Positions 60,716 through 64,000 of a stretch of 64,000 bases of DNA are shown piece after piece. How positions within the stretch are numbered: the stretch's first letter is position 1; each line of letters starts with the position of its first letter. The DNA lies in contig OY740806.1 in the NCBI GenBank assembly GCA_963514005.1, positions 15,376,001-15,440,000 of the forward strand. The letters run 5' to 3'. The notes below the pieces were generated by a model that was given only the letters and a program-made list of their open reading frames with translations, did no database searches and was not told where the DNA came from. The translations under genes were made by a program, and so were the position numbers. Source of the DNA: Raja brachyura (taxonomy: Eukaryota).

Positions 60716-63654
60716 CTTCCGCTTTCCGTTTGGCGACATCTCCGACTCCGGGCTGGGTCGGGTCTCCGATGCTGGGTTGCTGCTTGGGGCTGGGCTGCTT
60801 GAGGCTTGGCTGCTTTGGGTCCCTCAAAGTCCAGTTGGAAACCTGCTCCGGCCATCCTCAGCTCCAGTAAAGAAGCGATGAAGCAGGAAGGGGATGGACC
60901 GTCCCAGGGAGTGACAGGGGAAGAGACTAATCCAAGTGGCGCCAACTGGCAGGAGAAGAGATCGATCTGCGTACGTGCGGTTTTAAAATTTTTGAACCTC
61001 GCGAACGTTTTAGACATTCAACCGATTAGAACAAAACTTGGCACACTCATAGCACAGGAGAACGGTGAGTGAACTGGCAAAAAATCGTTGCGCTATTTTC
61101 AGTGCCCCGGAGTCCAAATTTGGTACAGGGAAGTAGTTGCTATGTTGTCTCCTGAGGGTATATCCTGCTGGATGGGGAATGGGAGGGGGAAATCCAAAAT
61201 CTAATAAGTATTGAGTTCACATTAAGTGGGATGGGGAGGGAAGAGATTGTATGCTGTGAATTATTGAATCTTCTCTCCAGGATAGGAAACAAGCTTACCG
61301 AATTTGGCAAGTGCCTTTTTAACATAACATCAGTGGATAAAAGTAACAATGACAGGAATCTTGAGGCAGATTATAAAATGAGAAATCAGGAACGTTTCCT
61401 TGGAAATCGTATTGCAGTGTAAGAATTATTTGGGTTAACACCAGCATTATTTGTTTCAATGGGTGCAATTTTTAGTTTAGTTTTTTATTGTCACATGTAC
61501 CGAGGTACAGGAAAAAGTTATTGTAAAGAGTTGACTAACTGTTCTGCAAAGAGTTATTGTAAAGAGATCTGCTAACCCGCCCGGTCCTCGTACGGTATGG
61601 AGCTGCCTCATCAACCTTTTCCTCCAAAAAGTTGAAGGCGCAGTTCGGTGAGCCCGACGGGTTACGGGGGGGGGGACACCGTAGGGGAACCCAAAGAAGA
61701 CTGTTGCGGGGGGCGGGATACAAAACGGAACGTGGGGGCAGACCGACACGGGGGGTGGACTGGGCTGGTGGCAGCAGATGCTGGAACAGCAATCGCTTTA
61801 AAGTTGAGTGGTGGGGCATCAGGACCCTGGAGTGCTGGACGCCGTTCCTTCACAGGAAGGAGGTGTTGATGGTTGCATCTATAGATGGTGCAGCTGACAT
61901 CAACCGGGTAGGAACGCGGTTCCTTTGAGGGGCCATAAATGTACCCCAGTTTGGTATGTCCTTTGTCTGTTTGTAGTCGGACCACTGGCCTTGAATGGGA
62001 GGCTTAAGTGGTCTGCTGGTCTTGTCCGCAGCAGGTTACAAGATTTTCAAACTCCTCTTAAATACAATAATGCCTTTCATGACCCAGGGTAACAGTCCTT
62101 TTGCAAACTTATTGCACAGAAGAGCAGTGGCATTAATATCCTAATGTGTATTAAATATGAATGAGGCCTTATCTTCTCAAAGTTGTGGATTGAACAATTC
62201 AGATTATTCCTTGAAAGATAAAGGTTCCTAAACTGAAGTATTTAAATTAGTTTACATTTCATTAAAATATCCCCCATAACAGTCTTTTCGATCCATAATC
62301 AAGTGAATTCATTTAACATTTGCTAATTGTCAAAGGGTCACCAAAGCTGTAGTTTTGAACCTGAACAATAATCTGTTAAACTTTGAGTCATAGTTAACAG
62401 TATTTAAATTTAAGGAGTGCATATATATTAATTGGGAACAGCTGATTGCCAAATAATGGTTTCAAAGGAAGTTCAGTTGCGTTAATCTTAAATTTGTATT
62501 TTGTGTTTGGTAGTAGTAGAAATTGCTGACTTTGTTAATTCATTGTGTGTACACCGTGCCATTGGACGCACAAGATCCATGGATTTTTTGCCGTGGTGAT
62601 TCATGTTGGAGTATATATTGGATATCACACTAGGACCAAATTGGACTTGGTGTTGCTTGCAGTTGAATAGCCGCCTTGTGCTCGGTCCACGGGACCACAC
62701 GTGAGGCGTAACAGAAGGCTGTGTTATACAGCTACAGTCACGAGGCGAGGGGGAAAGCTGGAGTGTGTCATGTTTTAGGAATCTGCTCAGTAATGACTGA
62801 ATCTACTATCTGGCAAGGATAACTCAGTGCTGACGTTTGCCAAACTAAACTGTTGATCTTACTGTTTTACATTATCTTGGCTGTGGACAGACCAAGTTAA
62901 ACATTGCATGAAATTAAAAGCTACCATTCCAAATGCCATTTCTTTCTTGTATTTATTCTTTTGATGTGTGCATGAAGATTAATTACTGAGCATTGCAACT
63001 CTTCGCTGAATTAGATCAATCTAAAATGGTAGAGGATCTCATAAGATGCATGTGCCTACATTGCTCACACCTGTTCACTCCTGTCCTCTGCTCTCCAGAT
63101 GGAGATGATGGGCTTTGTGTGTGTGTAGCACAAATGGACATCTTCAAGTGCAGAAAGGGCTAGGTCATATAACGGGTGAGGACACATTGCATATAATAGA
63201 CACATTCCTTCCAATATTTGACCTAATGTAATTGGTGGAGATAACAAAACAAATTGACGGGAGAGGTATATAAACTTAATGCCTAGACATTCCGGGTTGA
63301 TCTTAAGTGCAGGGTGATGGGATTCTTAAACACTTCCCAAAGACAGCTCAGGAGAAGGATCTAATTTTTGGTAATACTATTTGCAGAGGTGTGGAGTTAA
63401 GAGCAAAGTGGCCGCTAACTAATTGATTGGCAGAATGTGGGAGGGGGCACTAACTAATTGAATGTAGAATGTGCTGTGTGGGGGGGGGGGGGGGGTTGCT
63501 GCAGTGGAGCTGCTGTCCCAATATTATCAAACCACTCTCCTTGTCCCAGCTGGCCCTCAGTATTTTAATGTCATCCCCTCTTCCTACTCTATGGTGGGAG
63601 CTAGCGAGACAAAGTCAACTGCAACAGAAGACCTGGCAACAGGAACCACTCTTT

Positions 63655-63810
63655 AACATACGACATGATACGATCGAACTTTATTTACCCCAAGAGGGAA
63701 ATTGATCCGCCAACAGTCATACAACACAAGATACATGGAACATTAAATTAAAGTGACGAGTGGAAATGATGTACGAGGGGGGAGGAGAGTCAGTATCCTG
63801 ACAGTCTAAC
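63655..63810 (-). repeat. Probable LINE 3' tail fragment
   Basis: (acgat)n-like tail followed by actttatttacccaagagggaaattg. Confidence 0.45.
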
Positions 63811-64000
63811 ATGAAATAATCTCCAACAGACATTTAAGTGGAGAGAGCTCTAGGGGAAAAAATGACATGTCAATCAAATCTTATAAAATATACTGCTGTT
63901 ATTTATCCATTTTATCTCCAGGTTTATATTTGTATGTGGATTAATATCAATCTTTTTGATGGTCACAAGCTTTCTAATGAATATCCCCTCTGATTGCAAG

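Overview
Vertebrate genomic DNA, most likely a cartilaginous fish (skate/ray-type repeat landscape). It holds one complete 4-exon protein-coding gene on the + strand, an MSANTD2 (Myb/SANT-like DNA-binding domain containing 2) ortholog or close paralog. Coding exons are 13454-13825, 23498-23846, 47797-47857 and 49820-50687 (1650 nt, 549 aa + stop, GT-AG junctions, phases 0/1/2 consistent). Its CpG-island promoter carries five same-strand copies of a fixed-spacing composite motif CGCCATYTT-N5-GGGGCR (YY1 core plus an unexplained half-site). Intron 2 contains an apparently identical 8218-bp head-to-tail tandem duplication (28003-36220 / 36221-44438). The rest is repeats: CR1-type LINE fragments, tRNA-derived SINEs, a Rex1/Babar-type LINE, a HERO-like RLE non-LTR element, Penelope-like (GIY-YIG) elements and MITEs. 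Two observations stand out. (1) A dense family of short, TSD-flanked, often self-inverted Penelope-derived inserts carries a minimal hammerhead-ribozyme-like core (CTGAAGA-AGGGTCTCGACCC-GAAACGTC). (2) The C-terminal domain of MSANTD2 has the residue pattern of a catalytically degenerate GIY-YIG nuclease fold. Repeat boundaries are approximate; family assignments and human comparisons come from recalled motifs, not database searches.
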